Shown: in pieces, positions 44,989 to 56,929 of the stretch | Numbering within the stretch: position 1 is the first letter of the stretch | Layout of the letters: every line of letters starts with the position of its first letter | Assembly (NCBI GenBank): GCA_964187785.1 | Contig: OZ076409.1 | Span: 55,182,001-55,246,000, forward strand | Direction: 5' to 3' | DNA length: 64,000 nucleotides | DNA from: Amphiscolops sp. MND2022 | Lineage: Eukaryota | Program-made: the position numbers and the translations under genes | Notes under the pieces: model-generated | Told to the model about the DNA's origin: nothing | Databases searched by the model: none | Seen by the model: only the letters and a program-made list of their open reading frames with translations

Positions 44989-46364
44989 GATTCAATTGTT
45001 TTTTGATTGGTTAAAGCAATTACAATTAGTTGCTATTGAAATGTTGATTGTGCTCTTGTTACAGCTACAAGATATCCTATTCCTAATTAAATGTATGAAC
45101 GTCAGATTGGATTAGAAGTTTGATCAACATCTTTGTTTCAGAGATCACCATTGCCCACCAAGACCAGACAGTTGCCTAACATTTGACCATATGAAACCAC
45201 GTTCGACCATCTGCAGACAAAGTTTTCTCACCAGGCCGATTTCTCTAATCAATCGACAAGTTGAATTTTGAAGGTCCTCGAGATCTGAAAGAACTACTTT
45301 TGAAACACCTTTGGACGTTTTTCGAGAATGAGCTTGTCAATGACACTTGGAAACTATAGCATCCACTGCGATAAAAAAAACTTTGAGTAAGTTCTCAAAC
45401 CCCTCGAGGAAGGGGCAATTTCTCATTAACACCCCAATCTAATGAATACTCTTTTGGAGATACCGTTTCCGGACAGGATCCAGGCAGATGTCTCCCATTT
45501 TATTTTCATTTTGACACTATTTTAACGCGTTTCATTAATGTATGTATTTTTAGACTAATTTCATTGTTAGATCTTCATTTTAATTAACGATTTTGGTTAT
45601 TTTGAAAACAAAATAGCACCCACAGCATCTATTGATTCTCCCTGCTCCTGGCGTCTCACAGCGGAAGGACAAATCCACAATGCTACTTGAAAATAGCACT
45701 CGAGGTTCAAGATTTTTTGCACTAGCCAGTTGATGCCTTCGTCTTGAGCATGCTTGGTCATACGTTTCGAAGGCCAGTCTTGTATCTATACCATCATGTA
45801 TACCATCATCTATACGTTTCGAAGGCCAATCATGTAGCTATACCATTTATATTGTTTAGAAATCTCAGCTTTGCATTTTGACTAATTTTCATTATCATCC
45901 ACCAGCTCAATCATCCAATGCCGATATGGTGTTTGGAGAACACAGGCCCTGACATTTTTTTGGTATAATTGTTAAAATTAGGACTGGTATTTTTTGCATC
46001 AGGTAGGAATGACCTTGTAACTCGAAACAAGCACAGCTGGTGATGCTATGAATGGTTGCTGCCTTTCTGGAGCTTATTATGCATAGTCCATTTGAACAGC
46101 AACAATGGTATCGTAGCCACCATGATCACATCATGTCAAGCATCCCCTCCTCTTCTATCGAAGACTTGGTGGAAGCAACAAATTTCCGGGAACTTCTGAT
46201 GCAGAGAATTCAAAGGGAGCGGGAAATTTAATGCAAAAATTCTTTAACTGTTTGCGAGGACGGTCTTAAAAAACAGCGTAAGCTTTCAAGTCGTGACTTT
46301 TTTATTGAATAATGCAGTAGTAACTTTCTGGTAGAGAATTACAAGAACGAAATTAGCTCCTAAC

Positions 46365-46752
46365 CTGTCAAGTACTTTATGTCTCTATCATGGCCCTTTG
46401 ACAGAGCGACAAATGGAGGAACCGAGCCACAGCTCGCTTTCAATTCGAACAATTTGATACTTTCGGAACACGTCGCCAGAGTAACTTCTCCATCTGAGGA
46501 GGTGGCAGCTGTGTCACAGGTGGTTGAAGAACTTTCTGGGTCTTCCAAAGTACCATTCTCGAGCTTTTCAAGTTTCGGAAATATGGTGAAAAGCTTCAAA
46601 CAGCTAACATTCTGATGATGCGCTTTGAATGATGAAATAGTAGGTAAAACCAGCTCCACTGTGGCATCACAAGATGCTGATTGGCTTGTCTTTTTGTCAC
46701 TCGATTTGAATCGAGGGGTTCTATTACAACAGGAAGTGAACGCAGATAGCAT
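46365..46752 (-). CDS. WDR31: WDR31-like gene, first coding exon
   Basis: ATG at 46752. AHHQNVSCL and KGHDRDIKYL correspond to WDR31 AHMDTVSVV and KGHEHEITKV. G|GTTAG donor. Confidence 0.75.
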
Positions 46753-47239
46753 ATCTTCAAAACTGTTTGATAACGCAAAATTATGTTCTCATCGTCATAA
46801 CTTTGCATGAGTGGTGTAGAATGGACACGAAAAAGATATTACCTTTCTTCTCATCCTTCACGTCATATCACCTTTCCACGTGTCAACTGAAATAAGTTCT
46901 ACTGGTGCTTCCATATTTTCACAAATGTACAAAAATCATTTGAAGAAGTACATGTGTGTGTCAGACTTCTGATCAGAGATGCCAAAATGTATATCGTACA
47001 TGCAAACTTCATTCAGAGGCATACAACTCTCGATATCATGACAGACCCTAATATATTTAGACCCAATCTAAAAAAGTTTTTTGTTGCGCATTTTGCTCAA
47101 ACCAAAAATTGTGAATCTTATTTTAATTTCTGATGCATGTAATATATTTAGTACACAATGTGTAATTTAAGCCTTTTACTACTACTACTACTACTGCAAT
47201 AATCTTAAAAGAACGATATTATTTATTGATTGCGATTAT

Positions 47240-47559
47240 TATCAAGGTTTGCCATCCGCCTCGCAAGGCGGGAACGATCAAATGATGAGCCACGACCCCT
47301 AAGGTTCAAGTACCTGCCAGATGACATCGCACACACAACTTTTGATGCCGCACATTGATGTACCTGTTTGTGCGATACAACAGACAACTCTTGATACCGC
47401 ACAATTTTTGTTGACTGACAGGTACCTGTCGCGGTGCTATATATACCCGATGCTGAACCACTTCTACCATCAATTGCAATTGTATATACATAAACCAAGT
47501 CTGATCATAACTAATCAATCTCAATTCAGTTCTTCATTCCTACCCAACCTGTTTTGAAA
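47240..47559 (+). repeat. Copia 5' LTR
   Basis: Near-identical to 51644-51970 (about 6 substitutions and a ~7-bp indel by eye). Confidence 0.95.
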
Positions 47560-47574
47560 GGTTATGGGCCCAGC
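47560..47574 (+). promoter_or_regulatory. Primer-binding site complementary to the tRNA-iMet anticodon arm
   Basis: GGTTATGGGCCCAGC immediately after the LTR, as in Drosophila copia. Confidence 0.85.
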
Positions 47575-47629
47575 AGATTCCCAGACGACGCCATCTACTT
47601 AGCTGACCACAGCCTCACCAGCGATCACG

Positions 47630-48677
47630 ATGACGGCACCACGACACTCTCGACAAGAGAAGCTGCTGTTTAGTGGACGAGAGGATGACTTCCCCACTTT
47701 TCTGGAGCAGTTCGAAGCAAGAGTCTATGCCCTGGGACTTTCTGACTGCCTTCTGGACAATCAGAACAACACCTCAAAAGGATGTGGAGACGAATGATGA
47801 ACGTGTCAAGCGAGACGGGGAAGAAGCAGATCGAGCCAAACTACAGTACATGGTGTGGTGCGAGCTGGTTCAGTGCCTTGACAAGGCAAGCATCAACTTC
47901 ATCAGAGGGCACAAGCCGAATGGGACTGCAGCCTGGACAGCTTTGACGAAGCTCCACAAATCAACTGAACGGCCTCGTGTTCAATCACTGATGACACAGC
48001 TCACTGGTCTCAAGATGACATCAGGGGAGAAGGTGACTGACTACCTCACCAAAGCAGAAGGGCTCAAACTGGATCTGGCTGAAGCGGGGGAAGTGGTCTC
48101 AGATGCTCTCTTCATAGCGATGATTCTCAAGGGTCTTCCAAGTGACTTCGACAGTGTGGTGGCAGTCCTCAACTTCGGCACAGCAAAGGGGTACTACGAG
48201 ATGAAGCAGGACTTGGTCAACTTCGCAGCAACCAGGGGTCTCTGTGTTTCCAGCGAGACATCGATGACAGCAATTCACTCAGCCGGGAGGAAGCCTTCAA
48301 AGTGCTTCAAGTGTGGAAAGATGGGGCACCGAGCTAAAGACTGCCACAGTCGGGAGACGAGGACTTGCTTCAACTGTGGTCAGATGGGGCATCTGGCTTC
48401 AACTTGCAGGAAGGGACAGCAAAAGAGCTCAAGTGGAGGATGTGGATCGGGTCAATCCAGCAACCATTCATCAGCGGACTTCTTCAGCTTCGGGGCTTTC
48501 AGGGCTGGTTGCTACGACAAGGGGAGCATTGAGCTTCTCATTGACTCTGGGTGCAACGGCTTCATGATCAAGAACAAAGAGCTCTTCTCTGATCTGGACG
48601 AGGGTTTTCTGGCAGACGTATGCAACGCTAACAGCAGTCGTTCAGAGGAGGACATGGGACAGTGCGATGCTTTGTGA
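47630..48677 (+). CDS. gag: Copia gag-protease region (frameshift near 47760)
   Basis: MTAPR...LLFSGREDDF start, two CCHC knuckles (CFKCGKMGHRAKDC, CFNCGQMGHLASTC), protease LIDSGC. Confidence 0.85.
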
Positions 48678-51600
48678 AGGACAATACGGGCCGTTCTTGT
48701 CTGCTGAAACTGAAGGATGCCTTCTGGGTACCATCCTACGCGAGGAATCTGGTGTCGGTCAAGCGATTGACGGACAAGGGGGCAATGATCCAGTTCAATG
48801 ACGACCCAACCATCAAGATGCCCAATGGAACTGTTGTGCCAATGATGACAAACGACGAACTTTTCAGTGTGATGGCTCAACCTGTGGAGACGGGGTCACT
48901 AGCATTGATGTCTCACTCTATCAAGCACTGGCATCGAGTGATGGGGCACAACAACTGGCACGATGTGGCAAAGTTGCAGCAAGAGGTTGTGGGCATGAAC
49001 ATCTCTGGCTCCGAAAAGAAGACGAACTGCAACATCTGCTGCACCGAAAAGGCGAAGCGGGCATCTATTCCGAAGACGTGGGGCACTCGAGCGAAAACGA
49101 AACTGGCTATCGTTCACACAGACGGGCTCGGACCCATTCAGCAGGAGTCCCACGAGGGTTTTCGCTATGCAGTGGGCTTCATCGACAGTTACAGCCGTTT
49201 CGGGGCAGTTTACTCAATGAAGTCAAAAGATGACGTCACCGCAAAGTTACAACGATTCATCATCGATGTTGGCCGGCCTGGAACCTTGGTTTCAGACGGG
49301 GCTCTCGAGTTCAAGTCAAAGCAGTTCAGTGACTTGTGCACATCCAATGGCATCAAACAGGAGTTTTCTGCTCCCTACACACCCGAAGAAAACGGCCAAA
49401 TTGAGCGAGCATGGGGCACTGTGACTGGCATGACGCGATGCATGATGGCAACTGCAGGGGTCCCAAAGCAGTTTTGGCCTTTTGCTCTTTCAACTGCCAT
49501 CTACCTGAAGAATCGATCAATCCACTCGGAGCATGGCAAGACCCCTTTTGAGATGTTTCACGGAAGCAAGCCTGACCTTTCACATCTTCATGTGTTTGGG
49601 TGCCAGTCGTTTGTGCTCAACGAAGTCAGGAAGAAGCTGGACAGCAAGGCACGGGAAGCTATTCTACTGGGATACTCGGGAAATTCTAAGGCATATGTAG
49701 TAGCCTCAACAGACGGGTCAGAGACAAGGGCACCAAAGGTCTGGGTATCACGAAACGTCAACATCAACGACGATGCATTTCCTTACCAACGTGGTTCTGC
49801 AGTCACCCAAGGGGAGAGCGAGGACGATGATGCATCTCAATCAGATGTTGATGATCTGAAATCGGGGTCAGATGAACAATGCGAGACCACATCTACGAAA
49901 ACCCATGCAATTCAAGGCGAATCAGAAGATAACATCAATCCAGATGAAGGGACACCCAATGTTACAGACAGTACAACAGCTGTGCAGCAGACGACAACCA
50001 GATGTTCGGGAAGGACTCGAAGAGCGCCTCAACACTTCGGTGACTATGTGACAGGGAGAGAATTGGAGAACCTGGCACTTCACTGTGATGCTTTGATTTC
50101 AAGCGGCCTTCCAAGCAATACAGCAGACGCCCTGGCGGATCCCAACTGGAAAGCAGCGATGGACAGAGAGTTCAAATCTTTGGAAGAAAATGGTGTCTGG
50201 GAGCTAGTCAAGCCACCATCAGGACAAGGCATCATCAGCGGAAAGTGGCATTTTGCTCATAAACTAGATGACGAAGGAAACGTGGTAAAGTACAAGGCGC
50301 GATTCGTGGCACGGGGATTCACTCAGACGCCAGGCATTGATTTTCACGACACCTACTCACCAACGGCGAAGCTGTCTACACTCAGAACTGTCCCGGCATG
50401 TGGGGTGAAGCTGGGTATGCATTTCAATCAGATGGACATAAAGACAGCATACCTGAACGCACCAATTCAAGAAGACATCTACATGGAGCAGCCAGAGGGG
50501 TACCAAAAGGGCAAACAGATGGTGTGCAAGCTTAAGCGGTCACTTTATGGACTAAAGCAATCGGGGAGCAATTGGTTTGAGTGTCTCTCTTCCCATCTGT
50601 TTGAGTTCAACTTCAAGGCATCACTTCACGACCCTTGCTTGCTGACTCTGACGAGGAATGGTCACAAGTGCTGGATAGTGATCTGGGTGGATGATATTTT
50701 TTACGGGTCAACTGACAGTCAATTTGCCACGTGGTTCAATGACAAGATGAGCGAGCAGTTCATCATTGGCGAAAGCGGTCCTCTGACGTGGTTCTTGGGA
50801 ATTTCCTTCAAATGGGGTGACGGTTCACTGACAATGAAGCATCAGGGGTATGTGAGCAACCTACTTCGCAAACACGGTATGGGCGAGTGCAAGGCAGCTT
50901 CAACACCACTCGCAGACAAGCTGGATCTGACGAAGGATCAGATGCCTGAAGACGGATCAGATGAGCAACAGCAAATGTTGAGACATGACTACAGAGGCCT
51001 GGTGGGTAGCATTGCTTACCTCTCGCTGTTCACACGACCTGACCTGGCATTCCCGGCCCACCTACTTTCTCGATTTCTTAGCAACCCTGGATTTGCTCAC
51101 TGGCAAGCAGCGAAGCACGTGTTACGCTACCTCAGAGGTACAGCTGACGTGGGCATCACTTTCATGAAGTGCGATGATACAGGCCTAAATGGATACACGG
51201 ATTCAGACTATGCCAGCTGCAAGGACGATAGACGAAGCATCACTGGTTTCTGCTTCAACGTGGGTAGTGGGGCAATATCGTGGGCTGCTAGACGACAAAC
51301 ATGTGTAGCGACTTCAACCACTGAGGCAGAACTTCATGCCTTGAGCGAAGCCGTTAAGGAAGCGGTGCATTTGCGGGGGATTCTGGACACTCTTGGAGAA
51401 TCCATAGCGACGACTTTGTTCACGGACAGTCAATCGTGCCTAGCATTAGCAACCAGAGATGACAACAGCGCAAAGACGAAACACTTTGCAACTCGGATGG
51501 CCTATGTGCGGGAGACAGTGAAGAATCAGTCGATTGATCTGAAGTTTATTGCAAGTGGTGACAATTGCGCTGACATTTTCACGAAGGGACTGGGTAAGAC

Positions 51601-51706
51601 AAAGACGCAACAACACCTTGCTCGGCTGTCGGCAATGCGGGGGTATCAAAGTTTGCCATCCGCCTCGCAAGGCGGGAACGATCAAATGATGAGCCACGAC
51701 CACTAA
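48662..51706 (+). CDS. pol: Copia integrase-RT-RNase H
   Basis: WHRVMGH..CNIC, DDE (HTD, SDG, IER), KARFVARG, MDIKTAYL, LYGLKQ, WVDD, DSDYA, ADIFTK. The ORF ends inside the 3' LTR. Confidence 0.95.
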   Translation: MRCFVKDNTGRSCLLKLKDAFWVPSYARNLVSVKRLTDKGAMIQFNDDPTIKMPNGTVVPMMTNDELFSVMAQPVETGSLALMSHSIKHWHRVMGHNNWHDVAKLQQEVVGMNISGSEKKTNCNICCTEKAKRASIPKTWGTRAKTKLAIVHTDGLGPIQQESHEGFRYAVGFIDSYSRFGAVYSMKSKDDVTAKLQRFIIDVGRPGTLVSDGALEFKSKQFSDLCTSNGIKQEFSAPYTPEENGQIERAWGTVTGMTRCMMATAGVPKQFWPFALSTAIYLKNRSIHSEHGKTPFEMFHGSKPDLSHLHVFGCQSFVLNEVRKKLDSKAREAILLGYSGNSKAYVVASTDGSETRAPKVWVSRNVNINDDAFPYQRGSAVTQGESEDDDASQSDVDDLKSGSDEQCETTSTKTHAIQGESEDNINPDEGTPNVTDSTTAVQQTTTRCSGRTRRAPQHFGDYVTGRELENLALHCDALISSGLPSNTADALADPNWKAAMDREFKSLEENGVWELVKPPSGQGIISGKWHFAHKLDDEGNVVKYKARFVARGFTQTPGIDFHDTYSPTAKLSTLRTVPACGVKLGMHFNQMDIKTAYLNAPIQEDIYMEQPEGYQKGKQMVCKLKRSLYGLKQSGSNWFECLSSHLFEFNFKASLHDPCLLTLTRNGHKCWIVIWVDDIFYGSTDSQFATWFNDKMSEQFIIGESGPLTWFLGISFKWGDGSLTMKHQGYVSNLLRKHGMGECKAASTPLADKLDLTKDQMPEDGSDEQQQMLRHDYRGLVGSIAYLSLFTRPDLAFPAHLLSRFLSNPGFAHWQAAKHVLRYLRGTADVGITFMKCDDTGLNGYTDSDYASCKDDRRSITGFCFNVGSGAISWAARRQTCVATSTTEAELHALSEAVKEAVHLRGILDTLGESIATTLFTDSQSCLALATRDDNSAKTKHFATRMAYVRETVKNQSIDLKFIASGDNCADIFTKGLGKTKTQQHLARLSAMRGYQSLPSASQGGNDQMMSHDH

Positions 51707-51970
51707 GGTCCAAATACCTGCCAGATGACATCGCACACACAACTTTTGATGCCGCACATTGATGTACCTGTTTGTGCGATACAACAGACAACTCTTGATA
51801 CCGCACAATTTTTGTTGACTGACAGGTACCTGTCGCGGTGCTATATATACCGGATGCTGAACCACTTCTACCATCAATTGCAATTGTAAATACATAAACC
51901 ATAACTAATGTCTGATCATAACTAATCAATCTCAATTCAGTTCTTCATTCCTACCCAACCTGTTTTGAAA
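51644..51970 (+). repeat. Copia 3' LTR
   Basis: Follows the GCGGGGG PPT and is followed by TSD ATTAT. Confidence 0.95.
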
Positions 51971-52849
51971 ATTATGAAATGAAAATCTAATGATGGAAAA
52001 AGAACATTTCACCACTGGAATAAGTTGAATAATGAAAAAACACTTAACACCAAACTCGTCAACGCTGCATGCTCACAGGTCCTCTCACATTGAATTAAAC
52101 GGTGCCTATTAACCTTCGCGGCGGTGGTATCTGGTGCCATGCATGCGCAACGTACACACACGTTAAGATCACAACGCAAACTTCCTATGCAAAACGTACA
52201 CATCAGAGCGATCCGTAGAAATAGCGCACCGATGTCGACTGGGTCTAACCCACACACTACGAAATCTCCGCGAAGCTCTGCAGACTTCTGGGAAAATGTA
52301 ACCCTCCACCACTTACCTGAACTCAATTTATAGGGAAATAGTCCACTGACATCCTCTACTCAACATTTCAGTAAAAGCAAAACGGGGTTCAAAGTAATCG
52401 AGACACTGAACGTCCTCTTCTCTCAAGCAATCCAGCCAACGATCGAAATGAATACTTCAATAGCAGCAATGGTGTTTCCTCATCTGATAAGAGCAAGACA
52501 AAAAAACTCGAATGGCAGTTCAATAATGAACAATCCGGAAACGGCTCAGGTCGGTACCATATCTAAGGCCCAAAAATAGCAAAAGGACTTCAAAGTGTCA
52601 AGTATTCCCTTCTGCAGTACCCGAATGATGAAAAATTTTCCGAATTTTTCTCTGAAGTCTCGTAATTCGCAGTGCCGGGGACTCTTTTGACACATTGAAA
52701 AAATTTTCGAAAAACTCTCACAAAGCCGAAATAACATGCACAAAAAATTATGATCACAAAAACTAATGACTTGAACCCACGTCCTTCAGCTTAGCAGACC
52801 TCAAAAAATCCTAATTACACTCTATGCCAAGTGGGGGTAGAAGTTACAG

Positions 52850-55800
52850 GGTGACACGAATCGGCTCGAAAACATTCATTCGAATTTCAAGCGATAAGCT
52901 GGGGTCGAAATAAAGGAATTTAAATAAAATGATCGACTCCTCGCATCGAAATGTCAAAATTTGCGATCCAGGTCGAAACAACTTCGATCCACATATGGCT
53001 GGCAACATGAAACCTCCCGATTTGGAATTGATTCAGAGTATGAAACGTGCTTCGGATACGTCCCCATTTCCTCTGTCCCCGGGGCAACTTGGGGCCGCTC
53101 AAGGGCTTCGGGCAATAAGTTCGATTTACTAAGTTCGAATTTGAACTAGTGCAAAAAGTTCGAATGGAATAGTTTCGAGACACCAAGTTCGAATTTTCAT
53201 ATCGGGCATAACCGGTGTAAACTGGACATCCTTCACACGAGATCCTGAGAGCTCCACCGCCTAGGATCTAAAGGAATCTAAAAACTGAAATGTGGGGCAT
53301 ATCCGGTGTTACCAGTCACTCGGTTTAATACCATTTGGCTTAATTTTTTCGTCGAGACATTTGGCTGAAAAATTTTATGCCAAGTGACCACAAAATTGAG
53401 CCAACTCCATTCCAACTCAAGGAATAAATATGTCAACTCCCGGAAATATCATAATGTGGGGCATATGCGGTGTATGCACGCTCGCCCTCAGCGTCGCAAA
53501 GACCAGCTCCCACTACGATCGCTTCGCGATCTTCGTTTCCGCTAGGTCTTTGCTCCTGTTCGACCTCGCTTAGCAAGATGGGAATATAAGCGGCCCCAAG
53601 GGGCCGCAGGGCACTAGAGGAAATGGGGACATATCCGAGGGGTACTTGATATGACATGTTATAATAATACGCTGACTACGTTATGAAGATAAATTCGACA
53701 AAATCTGCCACGTGTTTTCAACTAAGTGGTTTTAAGTCAAATGTCTTTAAGCCAAGTGACCAATACCCGAGACACTTAGTCTAAAAAAATTAAGCCAAGT
53801 GACCAATTGTATTAAGCCAAATGACTTTAAGCCAAATGGCATTAAGCCAAGTGACCATTTACCGAATTCCGGACGTTTCGGCAAAAGACGTTTCGGCAAA
53901 AACATGGCGGCGGACGTTTCGGCAAAAAAAATATGCCGAAACGTCTCAGGCCAAAAAAATTTGCCGAAACGTCTCGCATGATATAGGAAAAACAAATTGT
54001 AGGAAGAACTTGTATTAAAGTCAACCAATTAACATTGTCAAACAATTTGAGTGTCAATAACTGAATCGATAATAAATATGCAACTCCCGGAAATATCATA
54101 ATGTGGGGCATATGCGGTGTATGCACGCTCGCCCTCACCGTCGCAAAGACCAGCTCCCACTACGATCGCTTCGCGATCTCCGTTCCCGCTAGGTCTTCGC
54201 TCCTGTTCGACCTCGCTTAGCAAGATGGGAATATAAGCGGCCCCAAGGGGCCGCAGGGCACTAGAGGAAATGGGGACATATCAGAGGGGTACTTGATATG
54301 AATTCCGGACGTTTCGGCAAAAACATGGCAGCGGACGTTTCGGCAAAAAAAATTGCCGAAACGTCTCGAAATTTTTTTGGCTGAAACGTCTTTGCCGAAA
54401 CGTCCTGTTCCCCATTTACCATCCGGTGTATGCACGCTCGCACTCACCGTCGCAAAGACCAGCTCCCACTACGATCGCTTCGCGATCTCCGTTCCCGCTA
54501 GGTCTTTGCTCCTGTTCGACCTCGCTTAGCAAGATGGGACCATAAGCGGCCCCAAGGGGCCGCGTGGCACTAGATGAAATGGGGAAATATCAGAGGCACG
54601 TTTCATACTTAGTTCAAAATTCGAACACAGTGATTCGAACTTGTTCCGGTTTTTGGAAAATTCGAACTTAGTCCATTTGAAATTAAAATTGGAACTTATG
54701 GGTTCGAACTTATCACCGTGCCCCTGCTCAGGTTCCCATGTTGCTAAGCGAGGTCAATCAGGAGAGGTGGGCGGAAATAGGTCGAAGAAACGGGATCGAA
54801 AATCAGAGTTAGTCCTCAGGCCGACATACCAAATTTTTGAATCGGATCGAAACAACTCGGATCGAAATTTTTATAACGTAGTCAGATTTGTTCACATACC
54901 CCTAGTGCCCTGAATGCAGGAGCGAAGCGAAGCGGAGCGACGTGCTATATGGCCATGCCTCAATGTTGCTACTTGGCGAAGGGAGCGAAGCCACCGAGCC
55001 ATACAACAAATACGATAAAATTCGACTGCTTTCCATTCGATCCCTGCCATTCGATCAAAAGGTTCGATCTCTGTCCTTTGGACCAGAAAAATTCGACCTA
55101 TTTACAGCCACCCGATCAGGAGCAAAGACCTAGCGGGAATGGAGGGGAACTGGAATAACATCTAAGGTATAACGACAAAAGTCCACCGGGAATAACGTCT
55201 AAAGGAATAACATCTAAATCTGAAATAAACGGGAATAACGTCTAAAAAACGGAAATAACGTCCAAAAAGTGGAATAACGTCTAAAAAGCGGATTAACGTC
55301 TAAAAATGACATACGTTTAGAATGTCAAAAAACAATCAAAATACGTCTGAAAAACGGGAATAACGTCTCAATTAGGCCAATACGTCTTAAATGTCAAAAA
55401 GTCATCAGAATACGTGGCAGCGAGAAGAATGTCTGAGGAACAACATCTAAATACAAAAGGGGAATAACGTCTAAACTAACTCATTTTTTGAGACTAGCCT
55501 CTGAAGTTTAGGACGTTATTCCTGTTTCGAAAAAGGCTTTCTGAAAGCGAAAATATCAAAATGTGGGGCATATGCGGTGTATGCACGCTCGCCCTCACCG
55601 TCGCAATGACCAGCTCCCACTACGTTCGTTCGCGATTTCCGTTCCCGCTAGTCCTTTGCTCCTGTTCGACCTCGCTTAGCAAGATGGGAACGTAAGGGCC
55701 AAGGGCCCAAGGGCCGCGGGGCACTAGAACGAATGGGGACATATTGGAGGCACGTTTTATACTTTACATCATTCCCACATTATTGATCTTTTTGTTTTTC

Positions 55801-56600
55801 TGCAATTCCAGAATTCTACAAACTGGTATGCTACAAATTGGACCTAACCAATTTGTAGGAAACCAGTTTGTAGAATCCAGTTTGTAGAAAAAAAAATTCT
55901 ACAAACTGGACCTCACTTTTCTACAAACTGGTTCCATACCTATTAAACGATTTCTTTTTTTACAATTTAATGTGTTTTTCCCGTTTCTCAGTCGTATTTT
56001 GATGACGTTCGGATGTTTTGGGCGTTTTTTTTTCGGATTTTATACAAGATTTTTTTTTCAGACGTATTTGCATAGTTTTCTGATCTCTTGAACGTTTTTT
56101 TTTCGATTTAGGTGCAAATATCCATTAGACACATAGACTTTTGCTCGTTTTCCGTGGCCTTGAATTTTTTAACAGTTCATTCCTGAAAACTAGAGCAAGG
56201 GAAGAAGTTTTCAACATAAGAAAAAATATTTCATAGTCGGGAATAACATCTAAAAAACGGGAATAACGTCTAAATATTTAGACGTTATTCCTGAAAATTG
56301 AGTAAAATTTAGATTTTATACCTTTAGACATTGTTCCTCAGACGTTATTCCCGCCCCTGGGAACGGAGATCGCGAAGCGATGGTGGTGGGAGCTGGTCTT
56401 TGCGACGGTGAGGGCGAGCGTGCATACACCGTATATGACCCCTCATATCATTTTCGATCCTTTTAGCAAAAACTATCCCCCTTCAATTTCGACCTACTAC
56501 TTTATCGACCATTTTAAACTTGAGTTGTTTCGACCAAAAGTTTTCGACTTGGGTATATCTCGCCGAAGTTACATTAGTCCGGCAGTTAGTGGGAATCAAC
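52850..56600. repeat. Patchwork of nested MITE-like and minisatellite repeats
   Basis: A ~200-bp unit (ATGTGGGGCATATGCGGTGTATGCACGCTCGCC...) occurs near 53450, 54100, 54420 and 55560, inverted near 56360, and again at 61850-62105. Interspersed with TAAGCCAA, GACGTTTCGGCAAAA, GGAATAACGTCTAAA and CTACAAACTGG minisatellites. Confidence 0.8.
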
Positions 56601-56929
56601 GTTTCCTAATTGGGTGATAAATTTGTTAAATAGCTTTGGTAAGTGAACGCATTCGCTCATTAAAAGGTCATTTCAGTTGTTCTGGTGTAGAGCCCGGCAA
56701 AAGGGTTTTCAGAATCCGGCCCGAACTGGACCCTTATCTATCAATAAAAATAGCAGGAAGTACCCAAATTCTAAGACTGGTCATTCATTGGTTGCAGAAT
56801 AGCCTCCGAAGATCAAACCTGGTCCTGGCTTGGACCTTCACCGCCTTGCAAAGGGTTTCATCAAAATTGACTGTTAGTTCGTTCCAAGGTTGCTTCTATC
56901 CCTTCATTCATCTTTTCTTTTTCCTGCTG

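Larger units (their letters stand above)
47240..51970 (+). mobile_element. Full-length Ty1/Copia LTR retrotransposon
   Basis: Two ~320-bp LTRs, 5-bp TSD ATTAT (47235-47239, 51971-51975), PBS, G-rich PPT, and gag-PR-IN-RT-RH domain order. Confidence 0.97.
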
